Source: Octopus sinensis (taxonomy: Eukaryota). From it: a DNA stretch of 64,000 nucleotides. The position numbers were made by a program, and so were the translations under genes. The notes under the pieces were generated by a model that ran no database searches, had not been told where the DNA came from, and saw nothing but the letters and a program-made list of their open reading frames with translations. Numbering within the stretch: the stretch's first letter is position 1; each line of letters starts with the position of its first letter. This document shows positions 1-13,100 of the stretch, one piece after another. Location: positions 25,854,001 through 25,918,000 of the forward strand of contig NC_043003.1 in the NCBI RefSeq assembly GCF_006345805.1, in the 5' to 3' direction.

Positions 1-94
1 ACTGCAACACTGTCATCAGCGATTGACTGGAGAGAAAGTAAGTGAAGTTAGTATGCTAGTAGAGAGAATTATGAATATAAATAGAAAGAGAGGT

Positions 95-189
95 ATACAG
101 ACAGAATTAGGAGACGCAAGTAGCTTCAATCCATCACACAATACAGACAGAATTAGGAGACGCATGTAGCTTCAATCCATTACACAATA
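95..189. repeat. 46-bp tandem duplication
   Basis: atacagacagaattaggagacgca(a/t)gtagcttcaatccat(c/t)acaca at 95 and 141. Confidence 0.9.
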
Positions 190-423
190 GCAAACAACAG
201 ACCTGGTATTACAACACAAATTATTCTCCCACTGCTTACAAGTGTTAATCTGTTGTCTGATCCAGGTCAGCTCTGATTGAACAGACCTGTGATCAAATAC
301 ACTCCAGCCATGACCTTCCTGTTTATATATATAATGTATACACAAACATACATATACATATACCCCAGACACATGCAAATACACAGGACTAAATTGTATG
401 TGGATTTCCTATTTAAAGATAGT

Positions 424-1312
424 CTCGGCAGAGTGTAAGTACCTTGAGAGAAAAGCTGGACCTAAGAAGCATCAGTTGTGGTGTGCAAGAGAGACGTTTG
501 CGCTGGTATGGTCATGTGGCGAGAATGGATGAAGATAGTTGTGTGAAAAAGTGCCACACCCTAGCGGTTGAGGGAACCTGTGGAAGAGGCAGACCCAGGA
601 AAACCTGGGACGAGGTGGTGAAGCACGACCTTCGAACTTTAGGTCTCACTGAGGAAATGACTAGAGACCGAGACCTCTGGAAGTGTGCTGTGCGCGAGAA
701 GACCCGGCAGGACAAGTGAGTCCACAACCCGTGGCCTTCTACATGGGATGGAGCCAGCCTACGTATGCATACCTTCCCTTCTTGGGACACAAAACTCTAC
801 TTGTGAAGACGTGTTGAGGCAAGTGAGGATCAGAATCGAAATCAATCAATGGAAATTGCGGATGTGCTACCAGTGCCGGTGGCATGTCGAAACTCTGCTT
901 GTGAAGACCCACTGAGGCAAGTGAGGATCAGAATCGAAATCGATCAATGGAAATTGCAGATGTGTTACCAGTGCCGGTGGCATGTAAGAGAACTTTCCGT
1001 TTCGCGACCGTTGCCAGCACCGCCCCGTTTCGTGTCCATTGCCAGCCTCGCTTGGCCCTCGTGCCGGTGGCACATAAAAAGCACCATCCGTTCGTGGCCG
1101 TTTGCCAGCTCTGTCTGGCACCAGTGCGGGTGGCACGTAAAAAGCACCCACTACACTCACGGAGTGGTTGGCATTAGGAAGGGCATCCAGCCGTAGAAAC
1201 ACTGCCAGATTTGACTGGGCCTGATGAAGCCTTCTGGCTTCACAGACCCCAGTAGAACCGTCCAACCCATGCTAGCATGGAAAACGGACGCTAAATGATG
1301 ATGATGATGATG
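424..1312 (+). mobile_element. RTE-clade LINE, 5'-truncated 3' end
   Basis: ORF2 C-terminus (RRLRWYGHVARMDED...GRGRPRKTWDEVV) to stop at 719, then a 3'UTR with GCCGGTGGCA subrepeats and an (ATG)n tail. Near-identical to 46610-46900. Confidence 0.9.
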
Positions 1313-3172
1313 AAGGTGTGATTTGTGAAAATTTGGCTGTTATTTTTAGCAATTTGAGTAGCAGTGTTTCACTTTAAACCTACTCCCTGTAGTAGACTTA
1401 GCAACAGGATGCAAACTTTTGATCTCAGTGCTGGTTGTCTGCTTGCCAACCTACTTGATTGTACACCAGAACTATTCATACTTTCTTAGATATCATTGTA
1501 AACCTTAATTTGAGAGAGACAGAGAGAAATTCTAATTGTAGTTGTTTTGCCCAGAGATTTGGACAGATTTATGATCAAAACTGTTACAACCATGACCATC
1601 ACAAATTTTATGACTACACTGTTCAATGTCTCCTTTTAATTTTAAGACAGTAAATATATGGGTTTTTTTTTTGTCAGGCATGGAGGCACATAGTTTAGTG
1701 GTTAGGATGCTTGGCTCATGATTGTAAGATTGGTAATTTCGATTCTTGGACCAGGAGATGCGTTATGTTCTAGATCAAGACACTTTATTTCGTGTTGCTC
1801 CAATCCACTCAGCTGGCAAAAATGAGTATTCCTCTGACAGACGGGTGTCCTGTTTAGTGGGGAGTATACACACCAGAGAATCTGGGAAACTTGCCCCTAT
1901 GAGCCCACAAGACTCAAGAATGAGTGGGGGGGGGGTCAACTCACTCACAACTGCAATTAGTAACAACCTATTGCAAAGTTGGAGTGTCAGAGATAAAACC
2001 ATTTCCCCACTAAACCGGGCAAAAATACCTGTCAAGAGAACGGATAAACTCAACAGAGGGTCAACAATTATCTAGCAATAATGTCTGGAGTGCTTTAAGA
2101 CCACTGAGAGCAAGGCTCCCCTCAACTTTTGTTAACCCTTTTACTGCAGAAACCAGATATATCCACCCAAAATTTCATCACCCCTAACTATGGAAAGCAG
2201 TTTTTATATATCTATCTATCTTTTGTTGAAGTATGTCATGTTTAAAAGAATTTTTTGTTGAGATATACTAAGTTTATTAAGGCAAATGTGACTTGCGGAA
2301 AATATCAATTCTATTTTTTGGTTAATATTTAAAAATTCATTACTGGAATAACCATGGAATAGAATTTTACAGTTAACCCTTTTGTTACCAACTTTGTTTA
2401 AATTAATTTTTAAAATAATGAAAAATTTACCCAAATAATTGTCATTATTAAACTGTGCTTGGAGCATAAATTAACCTGAAATTTTGGTGGGATGTTTTAA
2501 CTTAGATATCTTTAAAACCAGAGGTTTGTTATCATAGAGCCAGGGGTAGTTTCAGGCAGACTGGTATCAAAAGGGTTAAAGCAAGTTTCTAGGACTTGCA
2601 CTCACAGAAAAAGCCAGGTGGATGGTCAGAATTTGGCAGCCAGACAAGGAGAAGGACAACTCTGAACATAAATCCTCCCTGCTTGTGAGTGACTGTGAAG
2701 AGACAAAGGCTAAGACAGTAAATTGGTCAGAAGTGAACTCAGATCACATCAACACTATTCAATCCGAAGAACACATGAAAACACAAAGAATGAGCTGCCT
2801 GAGAACCCCTCAGCCTTAGGCAGGCATATCTATTCAGTCATATGATTTGAGGGAGATTTTGACTGCTATTTCTAGTAGGCCTATTGATTATATAGAAACT
2901 ACTTTAGTAGAGCACCAAGCTAAAGTATTTCATTTTCGTGTCACCACAGTCAGCCCTCATTCCAATTGTGCCTATCCTGTATTTTGTATAATTACAACTA
3001 CATTGTCTGGAGTGTCTTTCCCTTTTCAAGACAGGGGCAGTATGAAACAGCATAATTTGAGGGAGATTTGACCGCTTGTTTTAGCAAGCTGAGTGATCAC
3101 TAGAAGCTCCCTTGCTGGGGCATAAAGAGGAACACAACAAAACTATGAAGAAGTAAAAAATTTTTTACTTAC

Positions 3173-3300
3173 AGTTAGATTTGCCCTAGTAAACTCTTCA
3201 GCTTCCTGGAATGTTTGGAAAGACTTAAACCTGGCATCTTTGTATTTCTTCATCTCTTTTAGAGCTTTTGCCTTGCTGTTAAACACCAAACCGGAAGAAT
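3173..3300 (-). CDS. ANKLE2: ANKLE2/LEM-4-like protein, next coding exon (viroplasmin/RNase H1 N-terminal-like domain)
   Basis: 128-nt exon with a pyrimidine-rich acceptor (ctgtctttttatttttaaag|) and donor |GTAAGT. Phase 1 start matches exon 1; phase 0 end. Encodes (D)SSGLVFNSKAKALKEMKKYKDARFKSFQTFQEAEEFTRANLT, matching my recall of human ANKLE2 [32 protein letters not shown] and fly LIFTEKSKALDILRHYKEARL. Confidence 0.85.
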
Positions 3301-3418
3301 CTTTAAAAATAAAAAGACAGAATACAAAAATATTTAATAAAGTGATATATATCTCTGTTTGTCTGTTTATCTATCTAGCTGTATCAAACACACCATCTTC
3401 ACTATTTGTCTAATGTCA

Positions 3419-3660
3419 TCTGTTTGTCGAACACATACTTTGATTGTCTGTCAAACACACATGTTGTTATGTTTGTTAAACAAAATCTATTGACCATCTT
3501 ACATATGACATCTATGTCAAACACACACTTTGATTGTCTGTCAAACACACATTTTATGTTTGTCAAACAAAATCTATTGACCATCTTACATATGACACCT
3601 ATGTCAAACACATGTTGTTATGTTTGTCAAACAAAATCTATTGACCATCTTGCATATGAC
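3419..3660. repeat. Minisatellite, 3 units of ~64-91 bp built from TGTCAAACA subunits
   Basis: ttatgtttgt(c/t)aaacaaaatctattgaccatctt(a/g)catatgac occurs three times. Confidence 0.9.
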
Positions 3661-3755
3661 ATCTATCTGCAAGTCTAACTGTGTATTCGTGCATCTAATT
3701 TCGTTTTTGGATTTGGTTTGCAAGATTCTTTATATGAGTTCGTGTGTTGAAGCAT

Positions 3756-4012
3756 ATTCTGTTGTATCTGGGGAGAGTCATTTTCTTTTTGTGCCTTATA
3801 ATGTAACACACTCACCGGTAAAATTTCCACTCATTTCTTATTTTTATTTTCCTAAAATTTTCGTTGTGTCTTGCAATCTTTTCAATAGTCTTTGCAAGAT
3901 GCAACGAAAATTTTAGGAAAATAAAAATAAGAAATAAGTGGAAATTTTACCGGTGAGTGTGTTACATTATAAGGCACAAAAAGAAAATGACTCTCCCCAG
4001 ACACAACAGAAT
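3756..4012. repeat. Near-perfect foldback/palindromic MITE
   Basis: ~115-bp arms (attctgttgtatctggggagagtcatt... / ...aatgactctccccagacacaacagaat) with few mismatches. The same terminus occurs at 20361 and 61393-61670. Confidence 0.9.
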
Positions 4013-6316
4013 GATAACCAATAAAAACAATAATTGAAATACAATGGACTAGAATAGGGAGGAGAGGTAAGCAGGGATAGCTAAATCAGTGTTTCTTTTC
4101 GGTATTTAATGTGTGACTTGTAGAAGTATGGAAGCTGAACTCCTCCTTATATCACAGTATTTAAAAGGTAATGAAGAATTTTCAAGCTTTTTGGGTGCAT
4201 GAGTGAAAGTGTGTGCGTGTTTGTGTACACTGAGAGTATGTAAAAAATGGAGAAGTGAGAGAGGAAGAGTCCATCACAGAAACTGAGGGCGTGCAATGGA
4301 CAGAAGAGGGACGTTTGTTCATGCACTAACTCATACCTGAAGTTTATCAGGTGATTCTTTGAGCAATCTTAGCCACCTCTGATGCTCACACACTGCAATG
4401 TAGTGGCTGTCTGTGTAAGGCAGAGTGTTAAGATAAGCTGTATGCATTTTGATGAACACTTTAGTAGTAACCAGCAATGCATCCCGGTGTTGCCAGTATG
4501 TTATGACCTACAGCCACATTGTATTATTTGTTCCTTTCTTATGGGCAGAATCAGCGCAGCTGATATATAGTGAACTGGATTACTGGTGGAATGGAAGTTA
4601 TTGTTTGTTTAAAAGCGAAGTGGGGGCACAATTTGCATGGGTTTGCATGAAAGTGCTTTCTGTTCTCAAGAAGGATCACATTCTATGTACTGTTTCATCA
4701 TATAAAAGGGGGTGAATATGATCTTACCCAGAAACTATGTTTTCAAAGTTTTAATCCACCCACCCGTCCCCACTATAAATTCTTAATTTGTGACTTTTTT
4801 TTATTATTCACATAGAAAAATACAGAGATTACGAATCTGGGAAATATATATTTTTTTCAAAGTTTAATTTTTCTTAAAGAAACACTCACACTCAATGCCC
4901 CTTCCCCCACCTCACCCACCCATTACCTACCTGCTTCCAAAAAGCTAAAACTTCCCAATGTTTCACTTTTGTCTGATGTTTCACACATACGTAGAATTGT
5001 ACTGAAACAGTAAACATAAAAAATACCAAACCACCACCACCACCAGAAAACACAACATGCTAGAAACAACAGGTAAATGACATTATTTCTGAAGAAACTT
5101 CCCTGCTTTAAAAAATACTAAAAGTGAAACATTAGAAGTTCGTATCTTTTAGAAAGTGGTGAGGTGATGGGTGGATGTTTGGGAAGGAAATTTTAGTGTT
5201 TCTTTAAGAAAAAAGGAAGAAAATTCTTAAAGATTCATATTCTCTGTTTTTTTTCTCCGGATTACCAAGAAAAAAATTTGGAAGAAAGTAAAAATGAAGA
5301 AATTGGAGTAGGAAGGGAGAAAATTAAAATATTTAGAATGTGTCTTTTGGTTGAAATCCTAATCTCCTGTATCATAAACAGAGGAATCGGAAGAAATTTA
5401 AGAAAAAAAGTAGGGGGGGGAGAGGCTCAAATGTCACCTTGGACATGCTAGAAACAACAGGTAGAGGACAAAATTTCTAGGAAAACATCCTTTTAAGTTG
5501 ATATCAAAGACCAAGTTTTTAAATACGCTCATCACAAACACAAATTACAGAATAGAAAAAGGTAATTTCAATTGGATTTGAGCTGTAATTTTGCATGTGC
5601 ACACAGCAAGAAATAACATGATTTATACAGAAGTTTTACCTAGAGTGTGTGAGTGCCAAAGGAAGTTATTTTATTGCATTCTTTTGTTTGAAGCAGTAAA
5701 ATTGTCAACTTGACCATATGGTTGTTGATTATTCCAGTAAAATGTTTTTTATGCTTTGAAGAGCAGAAATTGAGAGGAGAAAGTGAAAAGGTGACATTTG
5801 CTTTAAAGTGGGAGCAGAAAGTGAAAGATGAATGTAGTGTGTATGAAATGGACACACGTGTGTGTGTGAGAGAGAGAGAGAGAGTGAGTGAAGGTGTATG
5901 ATGTATTACATTTTATTTCACCATATTATTGTACATCTGAGTAAGGCAGGTAACTCTACTTGTTTCAGTTTACTTAAGTTTTACATCCATTTTCCATGCT
6001 GGCATGGGTTGGATGAATCATCACAGTCTGAGGGGACAGTACTTAACGTGGTGTGACTGTCCCTCTTAGACAAAACGAAAGACCATGTCTCCCTCGTCTG
6101 TTTTGTTTTCTACCACCAACCAAATGGGTACATTTTATTGCACCACCAGCACAAGAGGATGTCCTGTCTTCAACAAGAATCAAGGGAGTCTTTTGTAGTC
6201 CATGTCTTCATTCATTTACCAAACACTTTACAGAATGTACTTGGTGCATTTCAACACAGCACCAGTACAAGTAGCAGTGCCTTGTACCCATTATTTATAC
6301 TTCAGAGAAGGCTAGG

Positions 6317-6354
<38 letters not shown>

Positions 6355-8379
6355 AAGTATCCAGGTGTAGTAAAAAAAAAACCCCAAAACTACTTTTCTA
6401 AATAAAACCTTTCCATCAATGCAAATCTGGAAAAGTGAGTAAACTTGTATAACCACCACCACCACCACCACAAAAAAAAATGATTGTAAATTATTCTATG
6501 TGCTCTTTATTATTTTTTTTTTTCGAAATGGTAAAGGGAAAATGGAAAATATTTTGCTGCTGTTTCTAGCAAATTGAGTGAGTATGCAGCAGATCCCTGA
6601 CAATGCTTTTGTTTATGCTGTTAATTAAATTAAGAAAAAAAACACAAAAAAATGCAAACAAAAATCTTTTGAAGATAAGGAACAGAAGAATTTAGCAATG
6701 ACAGTAGGACATATTAATGTGTGGTGGTGGGGATGTGACCCAATTCTTTCTTGGGGCATGTCACTTCTGTTGACATGTAGGTAATGGTGGCAGTGGTGGT
6801 AATTACTGCATACAACCACTGCTGTCACCATTTTACCAACAGCAAGAACAATAATGTCAAGAATAATCCAGACCACCACCACTGCCACCAAAGGAACTTC
6901 TTTTTGGTGGCCCAACTTGCTAGAAATAGTCAAATTCACTTCAAGTTATACCCTACCATATTAGCAAAAAAGAAAAAAAAAGCCAGTGGCTGTATGGAAT
7001 GTAGCTTGCATACCAGCCACATGGTTCCAGGTTCAGTCCCACTGCATGGCACTTTGGGCAAGTGCCTTCCACTGTAACCTTGGGCCAACCAAAGCCTTGT
7101 GAGTAGATCTGGTAGAGGGAAACTGTAAGAAGCCTGTCGTATATATGTATATATATATATGTATGTGTGTCTGCGTTTGTCCCCCAACATTACTTGACAA
7201 CCGATGCTGGTGTGTTTATGTCTCCGTAACTTAGCAGTTCAGCAAAAGAGAACAGTCCTGGGGTCGATTTGCTTGACTAAAGGCGGTGCTCCAGTATGGC
7301 TGCAGTCAAATGACTGAAACAAGTAAAAGAGTAAAGAGATGGTTATGGCTGAGATGACTGATCAAAGATTAACACAACCTAAGTTGATTTGGAAAGTTAA
7401 TGATAAACATCCAATACTATCATCAAGACTTACACTGTCAAGAAGATACATGGGACCAATGAGAGAGCTTCAATGTGGTCAGTCAACTTGTTAGAAATAA
7501 CAGCCAGATCTCACTCAGATCATGGAAGAACACGGGTCAGATCAGACATGGGTAATCTTTTCCACAAAGTGGGCTACATGAGACACAACTCATCATTAGG
7601 TGGGTTCATCATCATCATCTTTTAACGTCCATTTTGCATGTTGGCATGGGTTGGACAGTTTGATCAGAGCTGTCAAGCCAGAGAGCTGCACCAAGTTCCA
7701 GTCTGATTCAGTTTGGTTTCTATGGCTGGATACCCTTTCTAACATCAACCACTTTACAGTGTGTATTGGATGCTTTTCAACATGACATTGGAATGACATG
7801 GCAAGAATTCAAGGTAATTTTTTTCATTTAGGTGCACCATTCAGAAAGTCCCATAGGCCATTGTTTGCCCTTGATTGCATTAAGTGATGTAGTCCTAGGT
7901 AACCCTGAAAAATAGAAATGACGAGTGTGGCCTGATTACCTTTGATTACTAATCTTTCCATTTTTGACCAACAAGGAGCAAAGCAACAACAACAACAACA
8001 ACAACTACGCCACCGCTGCCACTGTCACTCTACATCTTGTCTTCAGACAAACCTGTCAAATGTACATTCTTGAGATTTTATCTGCTTCTCTTCTTCTCCA
8101 CACACCGTTCTCTCCCCTATTTCTTTCTGCACCCAATCCAATGCTTGCTACCACTTGTTCTTTTTATCTCTTGCACTTCCTCTTTTTCCTTCCTCCATCT
8201 CTTGCAGCCACTAAAAAAAAGGGGGTGGGGTGGAGACTCTACCATTTTCCCTCTTTTCCTTATATTGCTTTTCTCATTTAATTTCCACTTCACAACTCCC
8301 TCTTGTTTTCTACCCTATCCTATCACAAACACACACACACACACTCTCTCTCTCTCTTCCTTTCTCCACCTCTCTCTTG

Positions 8380-9040
8380 TGTCCTGGCATATTCATGCTG
8401 TTGACGAATCATGGCTTGTTTCTCCTCCATTTATTTCTGCCTCTTGCAACATCACCCAGGTGTTTCTCACTCTGCACATTCATTCTCTTCTTCATCCAGT
8501 CGAACATCTTCATTCTTTGCCTTCCTCTCGCTTTCCTTTCCACCAGTTCAGTCTCCACCATGTAACACTCCGTTCCCTCATCCTCTCTGAGAAAATGACC
8601 AACAAATCTCCACAGTCTTTCTCTTCACTTTCATCTTCTTCAACACTTCCACATTCGCCACCCTCTGTACCCACAAGATTCTAAGCATTTTTCTTTAAAA
8701 ACCGCATTTCTGCAGCTTTGAGTCTCTTCTTCATGACTTTGCTTAACATCCAAGGTTCACATCCATACATTACCACCAACCAAATGTACCACTTCAATAG
8801 TCTTTTCTTGACTTCCATTCCAATTCTCTTTGCACAAAAAATGCTCCTCATATCCATAAAAATCTTCTTTGCTAATCCAATTCTGCACTTGATGTCCTTA
8901 TCTGACTTTCCATCTAATGTTATCCAACCTCCCAGATATATGAAACTGTCCTTCTGCTCTATCCCAGTTCCATTCACCGTCAAGCGACATGCAAGTACCT
9001 GTGTTTCTTGTTGCAGACCATTGAGAAGGTTTTCTGGCAG
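8380..9040 (-). mobile_element. RTE-type LINE ORF2 C-terminal remnant (different family)
   Basis: ORF 8681-8983 reads FIYLGGWIT..GKSDKDIKCRIGLAK...VVMYGCEPW...RLKAAEMRFL, typical post-RT RTE sequence. Confidence 0.8.
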
Positions 9041-10095
9041 TTAATCTTCAACCTTTCTCCATACAGCTCTCATTTCCAATCACTCTTTTTCTTGATAGGC
9101 CCTAAAGTTCTTCTCTGTCACACCACATAACCCTTACATTTTCATGAGCACTATGGCTTTTGAGTAGTGGCAATGCTGACTGGGTAGTAGTAGTAGTAGT
9201 ACAGGCAGTGGTGGTTGAGTGGCAGCACTAGTTGTTGTTGTAGTCAATGCTGTGGACATCTTTGATGGAAACAGGGTTTCAGCTTCTTACCACACCACCT
9301 CTTTTATTGAAAAGATAGTGTATCTAAGATAGTACTAGCATGTTGAACAAATTGATTGACCACAGAGAGGATCCTCATTAGCTCAAATTAGTAAGATGAT
9401 ACCCAGGCAATTAATTAATATCCAGGTAAAAAAACAACAAAAAACAAACAAAAAAAACCCCAGTAAAAATAAGATTGTTGGGTGGGACAGAAAACCAATG
9501 TAATTAATACTGTGGCAAAAAGGAGACTGAAATTTAATTGGAATGGCCTTATTTTTCTAAGTAAACAATCATGTCGTGCAAAAGGCATTTCAACCTTAGA
9601 AAAGCGCTGGTGCAATTGTGTACACCACCAAGCTTTTTGATTCCCTGTGAAATAAATGTGAATTTAGCACTTTTTGCAAGTTTCTAAATGGTCAGAATGG
9701 CTCTGTAACAGTATAATATCTTCATTTCCAAGGTAACTTTTATTTTTTACTTTGTTTTAGACATAAGACTGCAGGCAGGCAGGGGCATTGCCATAAAGGG
9801 CTTAGTCAAACAAACTGATCCCCAGTAATGTTTTGTTTCCCAAGCCAGGCACTTATTCTATCAGTTCCTTTTTGCTGAACTGCTAAGTTATGGGAATGTA
9901 AACAAATTAACACCAGTTGTCAAAGGGTGGTGGGGAATAAACACAAACATTAGGATACACACATATCATAGGCATGCAGCCCATGGAAGCAAGGGAAGCA
10001 ATGCTTCCCTTAAAAATTATAGAAACAAAATTGAAACTATTTTTTTATTTTATCTAGTTTCAGCTCACAAGCTGCTACAAAGAACCAAATTGCTC

Positions 10096-10315
10096 TAATC
10101 AATAGTGGCAAGAAACCAAAGAGGAAAGCAACCAGAGAATTCATCACCTTTTTTCATCCAGGACAGCAGATCCATTTGAAGAAAGTCCTTATGAATGATG
10201 AAAACTGGAATGGCTGTTGGGAGGTGGCTGCAGATTTTCCAGGGTGCCAAAGATTCGTCCCCCATACCAGTTATACGCAATCCAGATTTATTAAGCTGGT
10301 GTTTGGAACCAGAAT
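10096..10315 (+). mobile_element. Restriction-like-endonuclease (REL; HERO/NeSL/R2-type) non-LTR retrotransposon fragment
   Basis: FITFFHPGQ...WEVAADFPG..RF, then after a frameshift PIPVIRNPDLLSW. This resembles the W..ADL...FP....RPDIV.WS segment of REL-type ORF ends. Confidence 0.45.
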
Positions 10316-10347
10316 AAACAAGAAATTTTAAATTTAAATCACTTTAA

Positions 10348-10567
10348 CCCTTTAGCATTTAAACCGACCATATCCAGCCTGAATGTTTTACCAGCTTTAC
10401 ATTCAGACTGGCTAGATCTGGCCTGTCACACCTACTCTGCAATGTCATTCTAAAAATAAGCAATTACATCATCAAAATCTCAAAGCTATGAGATAATGCA
10501 TAATTAATTCAAAAGAATGTGAATAAATAAGCAGTACATGTGGTAGATTAATCTGAATGCTAAAGGG
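10348..10567. mobile_element. piggyBac-type MITE family 2 (other copies at ~12061, 14067-14534, ~18180, ~27040-27362, 31041-31358, 37130-37339)
   Basis: TTAA|CCCTTTAGCATT ... AATGCTAAAGGG|TTAA, with a shared interior (ctaccctacaatgtcattctaaaaat). Confidence 0.85.
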
Positions 10568-12399
10568 TTAAAACAGAATTTTTATCATAGAATCAGGAAT
10601 AGGCTCAGACAGGTTAGCATCAAAAAGGTTTAAGCAAATTATGATGACTATAATGATGAAAATTACATGGTATGTTAATCTTCCAAGTAATATGATATAC
10701 AAAAGGCCAAACTTAAAATTGAACAATTGCCATCCAATTCTCACTACAAGTGGCACGGAATGGCTGCTATAGCAAAACCTGTTACACAACAATACCACTC
10801 CATACATTGTCGTCCATCCCTACAGTTAATATCTGAAGGCAACTAACAGCTGGTAATGTGAAATTGGACCGTATCATAATTATATTAATAACAAGACCCA
10901 CTATCACTCCCTCCTATGTAAGTACAACATCAGTGAGGAAGTATATAAAATGATCTTTTTTATTCTTTTACTTGTTTCAGTCATTTGACTGCGGCCATGC
11001 TGGAGCACCGCCTTTAGTCGAGAAAATCGACCCTGGGACTTATTCTTTGTAAGCCCAGTACTTATTCTATCGGTCTCTTTTGCCAAACCGCTAAGTGACG
11101 GGGACGTAAACACACCAGCATCGGTTGTCAAGCAATGCTAGGGGGACACAGACAGACACACAAACACACATATATACGACAGGCTTCTTTCAGTTTCCGT
11201 CTACCAAATCCACTCACAAGGCATTGGTCGGCCCGGGGCTATAGCAGAAGACACTTGCCCAAGATGCCATGCAGTGGGATTGAACCCGGAACCATGTGGT
11301 TGGTTAGCAAAAAAGTATAACCCAAATTTCCTACAAGCTGCACCATATTAAAAACTGAAAGATACTCAACAGACATAATGAAGTTCCAAAAATGGCAATA
11401 ACTGGAATGCCTTTTATCAGGTCTGCTACATCAGAACTGAACTAGGACTAAACAACAATAACAATAACAACAACAATCACAACTCAATAATGTACTACCA
11501 CCTGCTTCTCTTAAAACTGTTATAATACTTCTCATGTGGCCATACCACCAAAACCTATCTACTTCTTCAGATACTATATATGTATATATTACATCACCAT
11601 ACTAACCAGGCTTAGCTCTACTCATGCTACTTTCAGGCCATTCGATACAAGTTCCGGACACCACATGGAGGATAAAATAATTTCTTTATAATGAACAAGG
11701 CCTATATGTTGGAAATGCACACGTGAATAGAAGAGAAGGAGGGTTACAATTCACAATGAAATTTTATTCATCAGCAGATAAAATGTATCTTTTTTTGGCA
11801 AGCAAATTGCATTCCGGATGTGACTTGCAAAAGTCTATTTTTTGATACTGAGCATATTTCAAAGTAAAGTTCCCTGAAAATATTGTTCTCCAGACACTGG
11901 TTTAAATTAAAAACAAATGCTACATTTATAAAAAATGAAATTGTGAAAGTATACAAACTCAAACTGTAATTTGAGCTATCATTGGCCATAATTCCTCACG
12001 GCATAGTGTTCTGGATGTAACACTGAACAAAAAATGTGGAAGATGCCCTGATATTCTTAACCCATTAGCATTTAAACCGGCCCAAATATTCTACCTGTTT
12101 TATGTTGAAACTGGTTGGATCCAGCCTCTTACGCCTACCCTACAATGTCATTCTAAAAATAAACAATCACATCTTCAAAATGTTGAAGCTACAAGATACT
12201 TCAGGATTAATTTTTTTAAATGCTAATAAATAAGCATTACATTTGATGAATTAATATGAATGCTAAAAGTTTTCTCTAATTTGTCCAGCTGACATGAAAA
12301 TATAACACAGAATGTTAATCACAACAAATTTGATTTAAATAAACATCAAAATAAAGTTATCAAATTTAACCTACAGCATAATGTAAGTCTAAAGTTACT

Positions 12400-13100
12400 A
12401 GTAAAACTTAAAGCTTCCGTGATGTGTCATATCAGGGAAAGGTAAAAGTTCAACTATTTGATCTTCAGGTATCCATGATTTGTTCATGGTGTAAATATTT
12501 CCATCTGGTATTTGTTTTAAAAATACAAAAGGTTCCCTCCCAAATCATTCTTTTCACATATTGCTGATAGCAGTTTGGTCTTTGTACTGCCCTTTCCACA
12601 ATCAAATGTGTGCTTTACCGAACAGGACTTACCACACTCTGATTTGATACAACCATTTTGAACTATATGTGTATGACATAGACAAGAAAATGACAATAAA
12701 TTCCCAACAATAGTTCCATTATCTACTTCAATTTGATGAAACTGTTTTGTTCCTCATAATGGTCTTGAAAGGGTTGCCATTCCTTTCTTCAAAAAACTTA
12801 AGTTGGTTCGAATTTGCTCTGACAGACAAGCAACAATAAACGATAAAAACTTCATTTTTGCTACAACAATGAATTCATTCAGATTTGTAACAACGACCTT
12901 CATCTGCAAGGTTTTCCAGCAGACAGCATTTTTCACATCACCCATTCCATCATTCTCCCCTTTTCCATGTGATGTAGCCAAAAAATCCCAGTCAGCTGAA
13001 ACACCATGATCTCTTTGATGAAATAATAAATTTGTAAATGTATACTGGTTTTTGAATTTTACTGCTCAGATCATTGTAGAAAAAGATGCTATCACTCACC
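12400..13100 (-). mobile_element. Sola2-like DNA transposase remnant
   Basis: KFKNQYTFTNLLFHQRDHGVSADWDFLATSHGKGENDGMGDVKNAV matches the QYKN...W.FFATSHGKG..DG.GG..KR signature I associate with Sola2. Multiple stops; boundaries approximate. Confidence 0.6.

Noticed and set aside
1221-1260. CTGATGA followed by a small hairpin in the RTE tail
   Set aside because: No GAAA after the stem; other copies read ctggtgca, so it is not a hammerhead.
867-1265. Repeated ORF MDGSTGVCEARRLHQAQ (also 27824-28162)
   Set aside because: Antisense reading of the RTE 3'UTR. The similarity reflects repeat identity, not protein conservation.
1676-1760. tRNA-like A/B box sequences here and in many other places
   Set aside because: These are SINE heads continuing into SINE bodies; no complete cloverleaf, so no tRNA gene is called.
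8037-8684. 215-aa plus-strand ORF
   Set aside because: Pyrimidine-rich tract plus the antisense of a LINE remnant.
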